In this document: piece by piece, positions 13,502 through 27,170 of the stretch
Numbering within the stretch: the stretch's first letter is position 1
How the letters are laid out: the number at the start of each line of letters is the position of its first letter
DNA from: Takakia lepidozioides
Lineage: Eukaryota > Plantae > Bryophyta
Assembly: GCA_030704615.1 (NCBI GenBank)
Contig: CM060732.1
Location: 40,486,001-40,550,000 of the forward strand
Length of the DNA: 64,000 nucleotides
Direction of reading: 5' to 3'
Program-made: the position numbers and the translations under genes
The notes under the pieces: generated by a model
The model's input: the letters and a program-made list of their open reading frames with translations, nothing else
Database searches by the model: none
What the model was told of the DNA's origin: nothing

Positions 13502-15878
13502 ATGGTGCCACGAACAAGTCTAGCAATACGAGCAAAGATTACGACCGTAATGTCTGCAGGAGTAATTCTCCTCTTGTATTCACTTGGCAGAATCGGCAAG
13601 GTGGCAATCGGCACTCCAATTCAAACTGAACATAGAGATGACAATCGAACGCCTGAAGAAAATTGGCCACACAATGCTACTGATAGCATTTTACAGCAGG
13701 CGAATTTGGGAACAATGTGGCCAATGAGGTTGACAGCCAGTACAGTGATTGTTGTCAGCAAGGACGGAACTGGAAACTACACCACAGTCCAGGAGGCCAT
13801 AGATTCCGTGCCGGATGACAATCCTGCTGAAGTAACCATTCAAGTTAATAGACTATGTTAAGGTCATGACTTGGGGAGAATGTCCCTACATCACACACAC
13901 ACACAATCCCCCGGTCTACCAGTTCCAGACTTTCAATATATGTGAATGCGCACTATTAGTATTCTGTATAGTGTCGCACAAATGGGATGATTGAGGGATA
14001 CTGCTGGTGCAGCTATTTGGAAAGCCAAGTCTTGGTTGTCTATAGGACTGTCATGAAGCCGGCCAACATGAGCTATTTTGAAATTTTCAATAGCAACTAA
14101 AGGAGAATTTCTGGCTGATATAAATTCCATGCACCCAGAGAGTGAAGTTCTTCGCTTGAATCTGTTTGCAGGGAAAAGTAACTGTTGCAAGCAACAAGCC
14201 CCACATAACAATCCAGGGAGCTGGGAGAATGGTGACAACAATTTCGAGCAGTTCAGCCGGTAGCACCTTCGCCTCTGCATCCGTGGCTGTTGATGCTGCT
14301 AACTTCACTGCACACGATATGACTTTCAAGGTGAAAGTGTAAGCATTGTACTAGATTCTACCCCTGCTATATCTGAGTGGTAATTCCTGACCTTTATGGT
14401 TTTAGGTTGTGTGGTAAGCAACCGTAAACGACTGATGTCTTTGACCCCGAGCTCTCGTGAATAGGTAGGGTAGAAAGAAGTCAGTCAAATAAATTGTAAG
14501 GGCCCGAATGGTTCCATGTAGATGACAAAGCTGGACAGCCTGTTACAGTGTTCAAGCTTCTAATCCGTTTGCACCGGTCGACGTATTACGTTCAATGACA
14601 TTCAGGACGCAGTGCACACAGTCGCCAATTTGCTTATGAAGATCTTGAAAATATATAGAATTCTTCAATCTTCCAACATTTGCACCTAGTGTTCTGAGTC
14701 CTAGAGAGATGGACAGAATTCAGCCCCAAAGCCACCACCCGGCGCAGAGGGAGAGCAGGCAGTTGCTCTCAGGATTTCTGGGGATATGGCTGCTTTCTAT
14801 AGCTGTGGGTTCCTTGGGGAGTAAGATATCCTGTACGATTTTTCGGGCCGTCACTACTTTAAAGACTGCTACATCGAGGGGGAAATTGACCTCGTCTTTG
14901 GAAATGGACAGTCTTTGTATGAGGTAAGAAATCACAGTTGCTCAAGCTTATCGAACCAACTCGTCTTTCATATATGTGGGCAGCACCTAACCCGATTTCA
15001 ATTCTAAGAACTTCTTTCTGTACACTTCATCTCATGCTGATTACAGAGAAACTTGCTAGGGATTTCGCATTCAAGCTGCCTCAGTCTGTCGATAAAAAGG
15101 CTCCAAAGTTGCATTTGGAACAGGCTGCAACTTCCTCCGGAAAGGTGCATTTGAAGAGATAGGCGATCTGTGAGAGAGACCGATTTTTAAAGGGAAGACC
15201 TTTACAATACATACATCCCACCAATCAGCGTACGATATATGGTCAAAAGCAAACCTTTCCGCATATTGTTGTCGGATCGGGTGGGCCATTTGAACCATGA
15301 AATTGTCAAAGTGCTCAGTAAGGCATGCTAGAGGCGCAGCTTGTAGAGAACATGATCTGCATGTGATCGTGTGAGTTTTCCCAACTTGTTCATGAAATTA
15401 CTGCCAAGGATTCGATGATAAACTCAACTGCTACGACAAGTGGAAGCGTAACAGCTGATGGGCGAACAAACAACACCGAGACCACTGGCTACTCCTTCGT
15501 GGACTGCTCCATAGTGGGGACGTGCTCAATTCTACTAGGAAGGGCATGTCGCCCTTACACACACTCGGTTTATACTTCCTCGTGATCAGCAAAAGTTTCT
15601 TCTCTCGAGTCTACATTGATGCGAGTTAGCGCACAGGACCAGAAAGGATAAACGCTTTAATTCCCTGGAGTATTAGTCACACAGCATTACAATGGCAATA
15701 TTCACAGTATGCTTAGAACTTATGATGGGTTCGACTTTACAGGACTGTGTTCTATGGAGAATACAACAACACAGGACCAGGTGCAAACATGACAGGAAGG
15801 GTCAACTATGCTAAGGCACTCACACAAGCCCAGTCCAAAAGCTTCATCGATGGCTCTGACTGGCTCAAGGAAACATAG
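13502..15878 (+). pseudogene. Pectin methylesterase (CE8, no PRO domain) pseudogene
   Basis: Exon 1 VVSKDGTGNYTTVQEAIDSVP ends in a stop before its donor. Exon 2 is 14172-14330. In exon 3 (14717-14923) the Gln codon of QDTL is TAA (14822-14824). Exon 4 (from 15409) has GRAW>GRAC and a premature stop. Exon 5 (15743-15878) reads TVFYGEYNNTGPGA...FIDGSDWL with an internal deletion. Confidence 0.9.
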
Positions 15879-18599
15879 ACCCTGCACAGATTCCATTGTA
15901 GTTCAACAAATTGATATCCCATATCAAGCTGTCGTTCAAATGCTAGAGAATCGAACATGTTCAAAGCACTGAAAACATGTCACCTTCCCTCAGTTCTTGT
16001 TACCAAACCAGGATACAGCAAACTTAAATAGAGAGATGGAGACGATTATGCGTGGTGGACGCTCGATTACATACTCACGTATACGTCTGAAGCACGTATG
16101 TTTAGAAAGCACAACAATAGAAAGATAACAAGGCAGCGTACCCAGTTCCAGATCAGAGACTCGTAGACTGATGGGTTGTTTGGCCATATATGTCATCTAA
16201 TAATTCTCAAACCGAGCAGTGGACTGTACGATTATTACTGAGATGCAAACCAATCCCTTGGTAAGAAGTAAAGCGTATCTTCATGAATAGCTTCCTATTA
16301 TGACAATGATATGATATGTGAGAGATTACATTTCACATCTCCCAGCAGTAAGCCACAATTCGGGCAAGCTGTGTGGCTGTGCAAATCGGATTTTTACATA
16401 GCCCTGCACGGTCTCGGGTTTCATGCGAAGACACTCGACCGAAAAATCGCCGCCCAACTTCCCCATCAGTGACTGCTCCAAAAAGGTCTTCTCTACCTCA
16501 AAAAGCGCATTCGACATCCGTACTTGAGAGTGTGTCACAGCATGTCCTAGAGGGTCTGGAGACTATATAAAATCTTACTCTCTGAGGGTGGATTTCGGCC
16601 ATCGGGAGGCCATTGTAGGGTTGTCTAACCGACTTTTCCTTCATAGCAAATTCCAATCAAGACCTGGAACACTTCTCCTCCACTGTACTTTACGTGCTGA
16701 ACTGATCATTGTTTGAGAAAAGTTGACAATGGTGATGAGTTCGTCAGTATTCTACAAGGAAGATAACCCATTCTTCTCTGCCCCTTCCTTTGGGCAACAG
16801 GATCTGGCTTATAAAGAGTCCAACCTCCTCTTGATCTCCTTCAGGGTGGAGGGATGAAAATTTCTGTTGTGGTGTAGGTTTTTGGAATCAATGCTCGAAG
16901 TTAGACAGGAGTCCACAGACGATCATCCACGAAGGGCGTGGCAGCATTGGGCATCCATAACCCTGTGTTTCCATCCATGAAAACAACAGTCCTCCACACC
17001 TCCTCGCTAATAAACTTGCAGCCGAAAGCGACAGTCGGTGGCCCTGATTAGCCTCCATGACACAGACGTCAGACGCACACATGAGAGAGACAAGGATGTC
17101 AGACCACACATGAGAAAGACCCAGACAAATCTGCACTCCTGCTTTAGCAAAGCTCCAAAAGTGCTCACGCCGTGGTCTGCACGTCTGCACTCTCCTCTCT
17201 CTCTCTCTCTCAAGTGGGTGGGCAGAATTTGCTCTTACTCTCTTCATGTGCTCAGACGGCGACCACAGGCCAGAAAGGTCCAAAGGAGGTGCGGTGGGCG
17301 GCCATCCTGCAGCAGCTGCATGCTCCCCCCCTGACACGCCACAATCTCCTCCCTTTTTTCTGTCCCACAACACTTTGTTTTCAACAAGCAAAGTTCCTTT
17401 GAAACATTGTATCAAGAGATCACATTCAAACTCCCCCCCATCTTTTGTAGTCTATAAAGCTTGCAGTGTTTCACCAATGAGGGTCTTTGCACACACTGAG
17501 AGAGAGTCACTTGTCTCTTTCTATGAATGTGTAGATCTTCACTGAAAATCTTATAATGTGAAGGCCTGACAAGTTCTATCTAAAACTCTTAAAGAACCCA
17601 AATCAACATGCGCTGATGGGAACTGAAGGCACTTGACCACATAACCCAAACTTGGGCCTGACACCCACTCTGCCCACTGAAAATTCCTTATGTGCCATCC
17701 AAATGGGAAAACTGACACTATGCAGTGGGGCCCCCTGGCACATTCTGTGACTGGTAAGCTTTTCAGAATTTTTTACCCAGTGAAAATTCAAAGATTATAA
17801 TGTGCTATTGTGAAAATTTATTTTCTTGTCGCTGAAGCATTTGTTTTTTTTTCTTGGAAGACTGTTTTTTTTTTCGGGATGAAGGGGAATGAAACCCTAG
17901 TTTATAGAGATGTATTTTTACGTTAGGAATTGATTACCTATACTTTTCACGACCGTAGAGACTCCGAGTCTGAATTAGATCACTATGATGAAGATGAAGA
18001 CGAGCAATGTGGGCAAGGGTCACATGAAGAACTTTTCAAGCTTGATGGAATGTTACTGACTTATGTCTCGTTAGTATCTAACTTGAGAGTTGTCCTATAA
18101 AAATATACTAGGGTAGTATGTGCCATTGGCCCAAGTGTCCCAAGTGTCATCTAAGTCCAAGCGCAATCCCTTATGTATCCGGAGACCCTACACTTTGGGA
18201 GATCTAGGGTAGCCTCTGCCATTGGCCCATATGTATCCCGTCTCCGCGAAGCCCTGCCTAGTTGGGGAGTGTAGGTTCTCGGGAAGGGTGGTGGAAGGAG
18301 TGAGAGTGGTGTTTCATCTCTGCCTGTTTGTTAATCATTCTCTCTCACTATTTCGAGCAAATTTACACACTCAACTCACGCATTGCCAAGAATTGTCGCT
18401 GAGGAGACCTATCTGAATACGTCGGGAGAGGGATTTTGTCATGGCAGGTATCTCTGTAGTAGTCTAGTGAGCGTCATCTTGAAAACTATGATACATGGAA
18501 TGGAATCCATTAGCTTGTCGTATTCACATCCAGAGGCGGAAACTCTTGGAGAAGCCTTAGAGATACCTGTTGTTTGGAAAGTTAGTCAAGTTCAGAAAC

Positions 18600-21500
18600 G
18601 TGTGTGAATGGAGGGTGAGGGGTCTAGGTCCGATGCTGGAGCGAGCACGAATGTTGTGGCGGATACAATACAAAAGGACAATGCCGATGGTATAGAAGGC
18701 GCACGAACAAAAGTTTCACATGATACAATAAAGAAGAAGCGTGTCGAGGGTCAGAAAGACGCACATCAGATATTCGGAAGAGATACTTGGCGTAATTAGA
18801 TGTGCAATCTTCTCAATGACGAGATGGACGTCATCGCTGCAGGCCGGATTGAGGCCTCTTTTCTTGAGGAAGTTATTCTCGCTCAACCTTGGGGAGGAAC
18901 ATGTCGGTGTAATTGTTACAGCTGTCTCTGGGTCAGCTTAGGATATGTTAATGACAATTACGAAATGACGGCTTACACATACAAAACTTCGAGACGACTG
19001 CAAACTATCAGAGTTGCTCACTCAGTTTTATGAAGAGAACGAGTCAGACACGGAGGATGACCACCTCAAAGGAGTTAAAAAATCGCAATATAAATGTTTG
19101 AAACGAGTTCGAAGGGGAGATGAGAACTCCAGGGGGAAGAAATAGATGCCTCTCTTAAATTCGGAGTCAATTCAAGCAGTAAGCTTTGTGAGCTCTTGTA
19201 CTCGAAACTGTTGTCAACACTTCAGCTGGGAAAAAACTAGGACTAACCGGAGTAAGTTCTTGGCATCTTCTTTTGATGCAAAGAGAGAGTTAGGGTTTGA
19301 CACCCCCCGACGACTACACCGACTTCCAAATTGTGGTCGTCATGCCTACCTTACAATGGAATGAGTTGAGGTATGTGAGAAGGCGTGGTGGATAATCCAT
19401 GGAATCGGAAAGTCAACGTACTTTGGATACAAGAGGAAGAGTAAGAATGGATTATGTAGTCCATGCATGGGAACAGATGAATGAAGAAACCCCAAGCAAA
19501 AACCCTGCAGACCAAGGCAAATTTGTTATCCCTGATTTCAAGAAACAATGACATTTTGCCTCATAAAATGAGAAGTATCGGAGAAGGAAGGCAAGATGTT
19601 TTGAAGTTGCTACCGGTGGAGACGAATTAGAAGGAGCTAAACAGACAGTCCAATGAGGTACAATACTGCCTTCCAACCCATTCCGGATCTGCCTCTATAA
19701 GTATTTCTATATTTAAGGGAGGGGATGTCACAGGAAACCTCCCGTCATCATTCTGCTACGCGTGCTAATACTCGATATGAAATTGTGAGCATATAAACCG
19801 ACAGTCCATTTATTTTCAATTTCCAAGAGAAGCTAGTCCATCTCTTTACGAACAAATTTTCATTTTCTCTCATAATATTTGTGCATCTATCAAAATTCAT
19901 ATCTCTTGGTTTTAGATATTGGATGTTCGATTTCAATATCAATGTCGATGGGTTATATCTTTTTTATTTTGTACATATAGGTCGCGGGAGGTCTCCCGTC
20001 CTAAATACGATACCAACTCTATACAATTTTTACAATTGGATCAAGCGAACAAACGAATGGGCTTGTCGGCATTGTCGAAGTCTGGAATAAGCCATTTTCG
20101 ATTGATTTTTTTTTGGAAATGTTGAGGTTTTGGAAACATGGTGGAAAATTTGTGAAATGCTCAGATTGTGAGATGTTTCAAGATCTTATCCAGAAGTCAG
20201 TCAGGAGCAGAGAAAGTATTAAAAGAAAATTGAAAGACATCTGATGTATCAAGAGTCATGCCGGAGGCTTTTATCATAATTGGCGGAATGAATCAACGAT
20301 GATGGGCGAGGAGTTTCTGTGTATTATACACGATAAGATGGATCACTCGAAGACTGCCTTACCCCGGCTCCTCGTAACAAACAAGATGGTATCTGGTCTG
20401 GGTCAGCTACTTATGTCCCTAACATGTATGGTGAGTCATGGCCATGGTGACGGTGCTTATGCTCAGTTTACGATCGAGTTCTGGCCAAATGATCCTAACT
20501 TGACAATCAGCTCCTTGGCTTGTTGTCTTCGCGCTCTTGAGAAGCCCACATGTCAAGAGTCAATATAATTTTTTTATCATCCAATGCATCTAATGAGGGG
20601 AAAGTCTCGATGTGACAAAGCACTGAAGCCTAGGGGATCCCAAGGCCCTATTTGTGCCAAGCCATTACCCCGTTGCCTATACTTGCACAACTCTGTAAGA
20701 AAGAACAAAAATCGTTGGATGCTAGCTTTTTTATCACTCTTGACGGCGGGAGGTTTTTTTGAAGCGATCCAGCTTGGATTCTTGATGGTTGGTCACACCC
20801 ACGAAGACATTGATGCATATTTTAGTTAACTGTCGAAGAAGTTGAAACAGACGAACACATATATCATTGCAGATCTCATGCGCCTCTTTATGGAGTCTCA
20901 ACAGCTCTTGTTTATCGCTCAATTCATAGAGGAGGTCGCAGACTTCAAGAAATTTGTGGATGGATATATTGTTGATGGGAGCGATGCGCTAATCGGGATG
21001 ACTGATATGCACATCTTCAAGTTCTATGTAGATTGTGACGGTTGGCCTGTAATGAAGTATAAGAAATCCGCCAACCAACACTGATTGACTTCCGCAGCAA
21101 GGGGCTGTCAAAATGTGGAAGGTTGGTGAGGACGGGAGGTCTCCCCTGCTACCCAAGGGGGTGCCAGGACTTGTTCCACTACAGCCTATTTGGGGAATAA
21201 AGCCCGATGCCAGGGAGAAAAATGTCAAGATTGTAAATGGCCTTTCGAAGTACCGCGAATTCTGGAGACTAGGGATGGATCTCGGCAAGAACTACGAAAA
21301 TACCATGAAGAACTATGATGAGTATTGGAAGGATGTTCTACTTGAACTTAATAAGCCATTGTATGTGCCAAAGGACAAGCTAGAGGAGGGGTTTTTGCCT
21401 TCGACTCGTTAGAAAGATAACCATGACAGAGATGAGATTAGGGTTGAATATCAGAGTGAGGAAGAGTTAGAGGAGGAAGATCGCAACCAGTTGGATCCAT

Positions 21501-22590
21501 ATTGTGGGCCAAAGAGTCAGAGACCTAATAAAGTCCGCTGAACCCATTCAAATATATTGAAATTGGAAACTTCGTACTTGTTCGACCATCAGACATGAAG
21601 ACATATCCAGTTTGGATAGGTGTGGCAATCTCAGATGTTGTTCGTAACTGTTCAGATGAGAGATATCGACAAGTCCTTCTGGAATGGTGGAGACCTAAAG
21701 GTGGTGCAGCGGAGGACGTGAACATGTATAGAAACTATTGGGACAAAGCTTGGGAGTTCAATGAATACGATCCACCAAAGTGGATATAATAAGGATTCAC
21801 AAATGTTTCATTTTTTGAAGATGATGAGGATTTTGTCGGGTCCAAAAACTTTATATCTTCCCTAGCGGAATGTTGTTCACTATTCCGATTTCAACGGTGG
21901 TGCCTTATGACACCGACATTCTAAATTTTATTTTCGCAATTGTGCTATTGATTTCAGTTGTAGCACGGGAGGGTCCACTGCTATGTCTCAACGTCTGTTC
22001 AACATTTACTTACTGGATTCTTATTTGGTATTCGGAGGGTGACAAATAACTATTGTTTTACCGGACAGTTTTAATTTCTGAATGACCAGTTCATGTGAAT
22101 GTTTCTAGATCTTTTTTTTTTAATAAAATTTGACGGCTCGACACTTTTCGTATGGAGCACGAGATATCCCCCCGGTTTGGGGGGGTTCTGAGAGCACCAG
22201 CAATAAGCTGACATTGTACTTGAAATTGTATTTGACATTGTATCTGACTTTGTATTTGACAATTCAGTGCATTTTGTTTGTTACTTCATGTCCTCAATGT
22301 GACAAAGATTTTTCTATCCCTTAAGTTTCAATAATTCAAAAATATTATTTCAATGTTTCTACCAATAATTTTGAGTCACGATCCATTGTGGTTTTAAAGC
22401 TCTTATTTTGTTTCTTATATGATTATTGACATGCATTTGTTAGGTTTTCACGGGAAAGCTCCTCTCATCTTCTCTCCCCTAAACCATCATGTAGTAATCG
22501 AATGATTCGTTTCGCGTAAGTTGCGAGAAACTACCTATCAAGTGCACGGGAGATCTCCTCTCCGTGAATGTACCCACGAGCGATCACCTC
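18600..22590 (+). mobile_element. Decayed DDE DNA transposon (DUF7869/Sola-like transposase)
   Basis: IIHDKMDHSKTALPRL, GHGDGAYA, WPNDPN, PLPRCLYL.NSVRKNKNRW and GFLMVGHTHEDIDAYFS, with stops and frameshifts. A palindromic ACGGGAG.TCTCC motif recurs (19984, 21131, 21963, 22449, 22545). The superfamily label is tentative and the ends are approximate. Confidence 0.75.
22209..22264. repeat. 12-bp tandem repeat (TGACATTGTA-type), about 4-5 copies
   Basis: tgacattgtact tgaaattgtatt tgacattgtatc tgactttgtatt tgacaatt. Confidence 0.8.
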
Positions 22591-22989
22591 AAACTCAAGA
22601 TAGGTGTCTTTCTATTGTCATTTATGTTGCAAAGGACTGTAAGCTTTAATGCATTGTTAATACTGAATATAGTATTATTTTTATATTTATTAATTATTTA
22701 AAATTATTTAGATTTCATCCTCTTGTCCACATTCACTTAAAATTGAGTTGTTAGTTCATAAATAAGTAGCTGATTTAATACAGCATCAATATTGGTTTTG
22801 TACTCTTGCATATAAGCAAACTTCATCTTTATATAAACATATTGTCACTTCTATCTCATCAAAATTCTCAAGTACAGATCAAAATCATATTCCAAATGAG
22901 GATTAACTAACATATAAATTATTTAGGACCCTTCTGGCTATGATAGTGAGGTGATGAGCAAAAGAAAGAAAAGATGACGTGTTCTAAAT

Positions 22990-23639
22990 GAAGCACAAAT
23001 TATGGTGTGTCTTCCCTAAGGGACTATTATTTTCCACTAGAAGGTGGACACTTTGAAAACTGGTCGGTCATCTAGAATTCGGTATGGATCAAATCTCGTC
23101 CTGCCAAGATTGCAGCTTTCCTATGGCAAATAGTTAACAAGGTGCTAAAAGTGCGGGAATGGCTTCAGTTCCAGGCAGCCCTCCTTTGCAACTGTTGTAC
23201 AGCCAATATCATGGAGTCATTGGAGCACTGCCTTCTCCATTGTCATGGCCCTGCCAAGGTCTGGCCTCTGGTCAAGGTATTTTATGCCCACTGGGACAAC
23301 AAAAGCCGTCTATCTCTACATCTTCTCCTTAACTATGATCAGAGATCCAAGACAAGAGCTGTCAACAGCCCGGTTTTTGAGACCCTAAGAAGCTCGACCC
23401 TGTGGCACTCATGGAAAGCCCGTTGCAAGAGATCATTATCAGGGGGAACAACTACCATCTCCTGCCTTCTATCTAATGTGTTCCATGATCTCGGGGTGGA
23501 GTCAAGAAAGGCTTGGTTAAAAACATGTGCAGATATTGGGCGAAATCGGGGAGCACAGCAGCCATCCATGCTAGGTTTCAGAACCCTATATCACTCAGGT
23601 TATGCAGAGGCAAGGCACAAACTCCCAACCATAGCTTAA
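22990..23639 (+). mobile_element. L1-type LINE 3' fragment (zf-RVT/CCHC region)
   Basis: PAKIAAFLWQIVNKVLKVREWL..LCNCC...ESLEHCLLHC...VW...TLWHSWKARCKR. Confidence 0.8.
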
Positions 23640-23687
23640 CTTATCTCAGTGAGACTTGGGTGACCCTTCTAAACTAATGTGATTTAG

Positions 23688-24640
23688 TTTTATTTTATTT
23701 TAAAGGGGAGGTAGCCCTGTGAGAGCTTTATTGAGAATTATTATGGGGAAAAGAATTAAAACCCCAGTTACACCATAAGGCGCACACACCGATTTCGGTG
23801 AAGAGAGAACGTGACCTCTCCCAGAGAGAGACTGATCCAGAATCCAATCCTAACTAGCAACCAACGTAACTAATGGGTTTCCAGGAGATGAGTAAAGGCT
23901 GACTGCGGAAATACAAGAAGAAAGAGTTTACAAAGCATGGAGGCCATCAGGACCTTTGACGAGAGGTGATAGGGATGTTCATGAGGACTTGTAGTGACTT
24001 CATTGCGAAAGCCATATAGCTCCCATTTGGCTTCCCACTTATCTTTTAGGCTTTGGAAGTTAGAGAGAGCTCTGTAGCCTTTCCTGGTGGAGTAGGTAAA
24101 GAAGGGCTCAGGCGTTAAATTTCCAGGACCATTCCATTGGGTCAAGTTCCATCTCTGCCAGTGGATGTCCCAATATCCAGACAAAGGTGTGTCCTGAAAG
24201 CCATTGTTCCAAAGGAGATAAGAGGTCGGGCTGGGGATTAAAAGGCCTGCCTGGGATAGTCCATCCACAGATCCTAACTGGGGTTAGGGAAGTGGCCGGG
24301 ATATGGAGGGGAGAAGTTGAAGTGAGAGCGAGGGTCAAGGAGATGGGGTCAATGTCAAAAGCAAAGGCCTCCAGATGAGATGAAGTGGAATTTGTAACAA
24401 GAGAATTGAGAGACGAGTATGGAGGATTACAAGAGCCCAAAGTGGAAGAGAGGGGTGGTGGACCAGTAGGGCTTGTAACTAGGAAGCTGGCAAGGACTGA
24501 ATGATTTCTTGGTAGCCTTTTGCCAATCGTGTTGAACCCAGAGCTGGAGGCAGGAGCTCCGGTGGCAGCGTGATTCCAGATGTTGTGGATTTGACTGACT
24601 CCCAGACGGTCCCAAGTGGACCACCGTTAAAATTAACATT
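23688..24640 (-). mobile_element. LINE 3' fragment with (TAAAA)n tail, tail-to-tail with the preceding LINE
   Basis: Minus-strand A-rich tail at 23688-23702. The 3' end is shared with 51940-52050. Degenerate ORF pieces such as FFTYSTRKGYRAL...KWEAKW. Confidence 0.65.
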
Positions 24641-25873
24641 GACTAGTTAACTAGCATTAAAGCTTTAAATAAGCCCTAAAAGCCGGGCCAGTTGCTGGCC
24701 GGTTGGTGTTTCCTTGGAATTTTTCTTAAGAAAACAATCTCATAATTATTTACATACATTTGTTGCTAGTATGTATATTTGGGGTCATCCATCGATCCCA
24801 TGGTGTTGCTGTTGGGTTGCTGTTGGGTAACATTTCTTGTAAGTTGAGGGCTCAAAATGAAGGCCACATGTTATTGGTAGTTTTGTCAATCATACATACC
24901 GATGTTAAACACATCCTCGCATATCTAGATGAGACTTGAGATTTTTTCATTAATGTTATGGGTATAATATTGCAATCTTTCAAAGAAAAATTAAAGACCG
25001 ACCTTTTGCCTCAACTTTTTATGTTGTTTTGATTATTTTGTTCGTATAAAGTTTTGCCAACCATACCAGCATAACAGTATAGTCCTTTGTATGTTAGATG
25101 TCACCCTGAACACAATCTCACTATCCAACATACTTGACCCACAAAACTGATGTCCAATTCAACATTATTGTAATCTCTCTGTTAATATTCCTTGCCAAAA
25201 TTGCTGCAGGCTCGAGGTTAAAGGATTGACCCCTACTAAGACCCACATGCCAATGCTGCTTAATACCATTTACTGATTCACTCATTTTTGCATTCATGGG
25301 ACAAGTGACTGTAAATGATTAGACCCAAGTTTTGTGTAAAGTAAAAACCACACATTCAACCGTCCTATTTACAGTGTGTTGGATTATGTTTTGTCTGCAG
25401 ATAGATCAGAAGACGGTGGGTGACTGCAAGATTCTGGGTAAGTACAGAGCGTGGCAAACTGAGATGGGTTTTGTTTTGTGATGAGATATGAGAGAAGAGA
25501 CAGATGAAGATTGGTGTGGGAGATTCGCAAAGATTGTGAAGAGTACAAACTTATGAGAGCCTTTTTGATCAGTAGCTGCACTTGTGTGGCATCATGCAGA
25601 GGCTAATTCCACAATCATGTCTTTAATGCTGTTAGCGGCAGCAAAGGTTGAGATGTGGATAAAACGGGGCTGAGTTTTTGTTCTCAACATCCTAGCGTGG
25701 GACAGCAGTGTCTGCAGAGCACATGCCTCTTCCCCACCACCTCGCTATACTTTGTGTCAGTGTCCTGGGCTTACCACATTGGGGTCTTTGTGTTCTCCCC
25801 GGACCCCAACTCATGTTGTGATCTTGTGCATTTAAAGTGGTGAACTTAAGCCTGGAGATATGGATACTTGCAG

Positions 25874-26963
25874 TGTGCTGTGTAAGTAGCACTTCCCGAC
25901 TGTAGCACCAGAAGAGTTTTTGGTGGATGCAGGTCTGAGAGCCTCATTGATGATTGCTGGAGGTGTGACCCTGATTTGGGGAACAACATTCTGTGCTTGG
26001 CAGACTGTGCTTCTGGGTTTGGGAGGAGTGCTAACAGTGGGCAGATTTACGTGGTCAGCGATAGCTGCGACGATGATGTAGTCGAGTCTGAAGAAGGGGC
26101 GCTGCCTTATGTGGGTCATACAGCACCAACCTCTTTGACGTTGTTGTACTCACGGAAAACATGTTAATGAAGTCCGGAGAAGAGCTGACGATGAACGGTT
26201 CTAAGAGGGTAGATGGACGAGGTGCAAATGCGCACTTTGCCTGTGCACCCCTCACAGAGCAGGCTGCGTCCATCGTTGTTAACCACGGAGCTGACATTCG
26301 TGATTGCAAGTCTATTGGGCCTGCACTCGTCCGAAGGTCGCCCTCGCAATTTGGTGCCGGGGAAGTGACTGACGAAGGCGATACTGAAGCTTCTACTGCT
26401 GTCACCGTCAGGAAGAACAACTGCACTTACCATAATGAGGTGCGTAGTAATGCTCCTTGTCTATTTTCTTGGGGGCCGAGTTTTCTTGATTGTTGTTTCT
26501 TCCTCCAGTTTTCCTGTTGGTCATCTCGTCGTTATAACTAGTTAGTTTCTGTATCCGCTTTTGTTGCATACAAGCACTCTGCAGCATAGAGCATGTCCAT
26601 CATCTGTTTGTCAGCGGTTTCGCAATGGTTAATGATCGTCACACAGTACGTGGGCTTTTCCAAGATGTTTGCGCCGCGCTTTTGATTGCTTGCCAAAGTT
26701 ACCTGGAACATCAACAATGTCGTGCTCTCCATTGTTTTCTTTCTTCTTGTGAGGGATCTCTCTACTTTCGAAGCCTAGAAGCCGATGGTCTATGTGTGCT
26801 TGCTGGCCATTGCAGGTGACCAAGCGTGTAGCAGACGACGAATGTAGCAACATTGGAGGCTGGAGAAGTGGCATCTGGAGAAGCCAAGGTGACATTTTTT
26901 TCAGTGCCCGCTTTCGTCATTCCCTTAGGAGCCCAGTCTAACAGTGCTAAATTCTATACCCAA
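25874..26963 (+). pseudogene. Pectate lyase (PL1) pseudogene, paralogue of 39563-41374
   Basis: [49 protein letters not shown] and VTKRV...GGWRSGIWRSQGDIF. There is a frameshift near 26110, the WVDH segment is deleted and the RMPRCR exon is absent. Splice sites are retained at 25873, 26440 and 26815. Confidence 0.9.
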
Positions 26964-27170
26964 GTGGGTGAATACCGGAACTTTCACTTCGCCTAGAGAG
27001 GCTGGAAGATTTCTCTGAGAACCGAGACTGTTGCTTCGGGCTCCGTCTTTGAGTTTTCACAACTCCCTCGATATGTCAAGTTGCATGAGATGGTTGACTC
27101 AAAGCAGCTTCTTCTCGTCGCATGGACTTCAGAGGTGCTCAACAGCTGTCTTTTTAATGCTGCAGGAAGT

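Noticed and set aside
16888-17545. Overlapping 76-175 aa ORFs
   Set aside because: They span a GA microsatellite and repeat-like DNA, with no protein-family signal.
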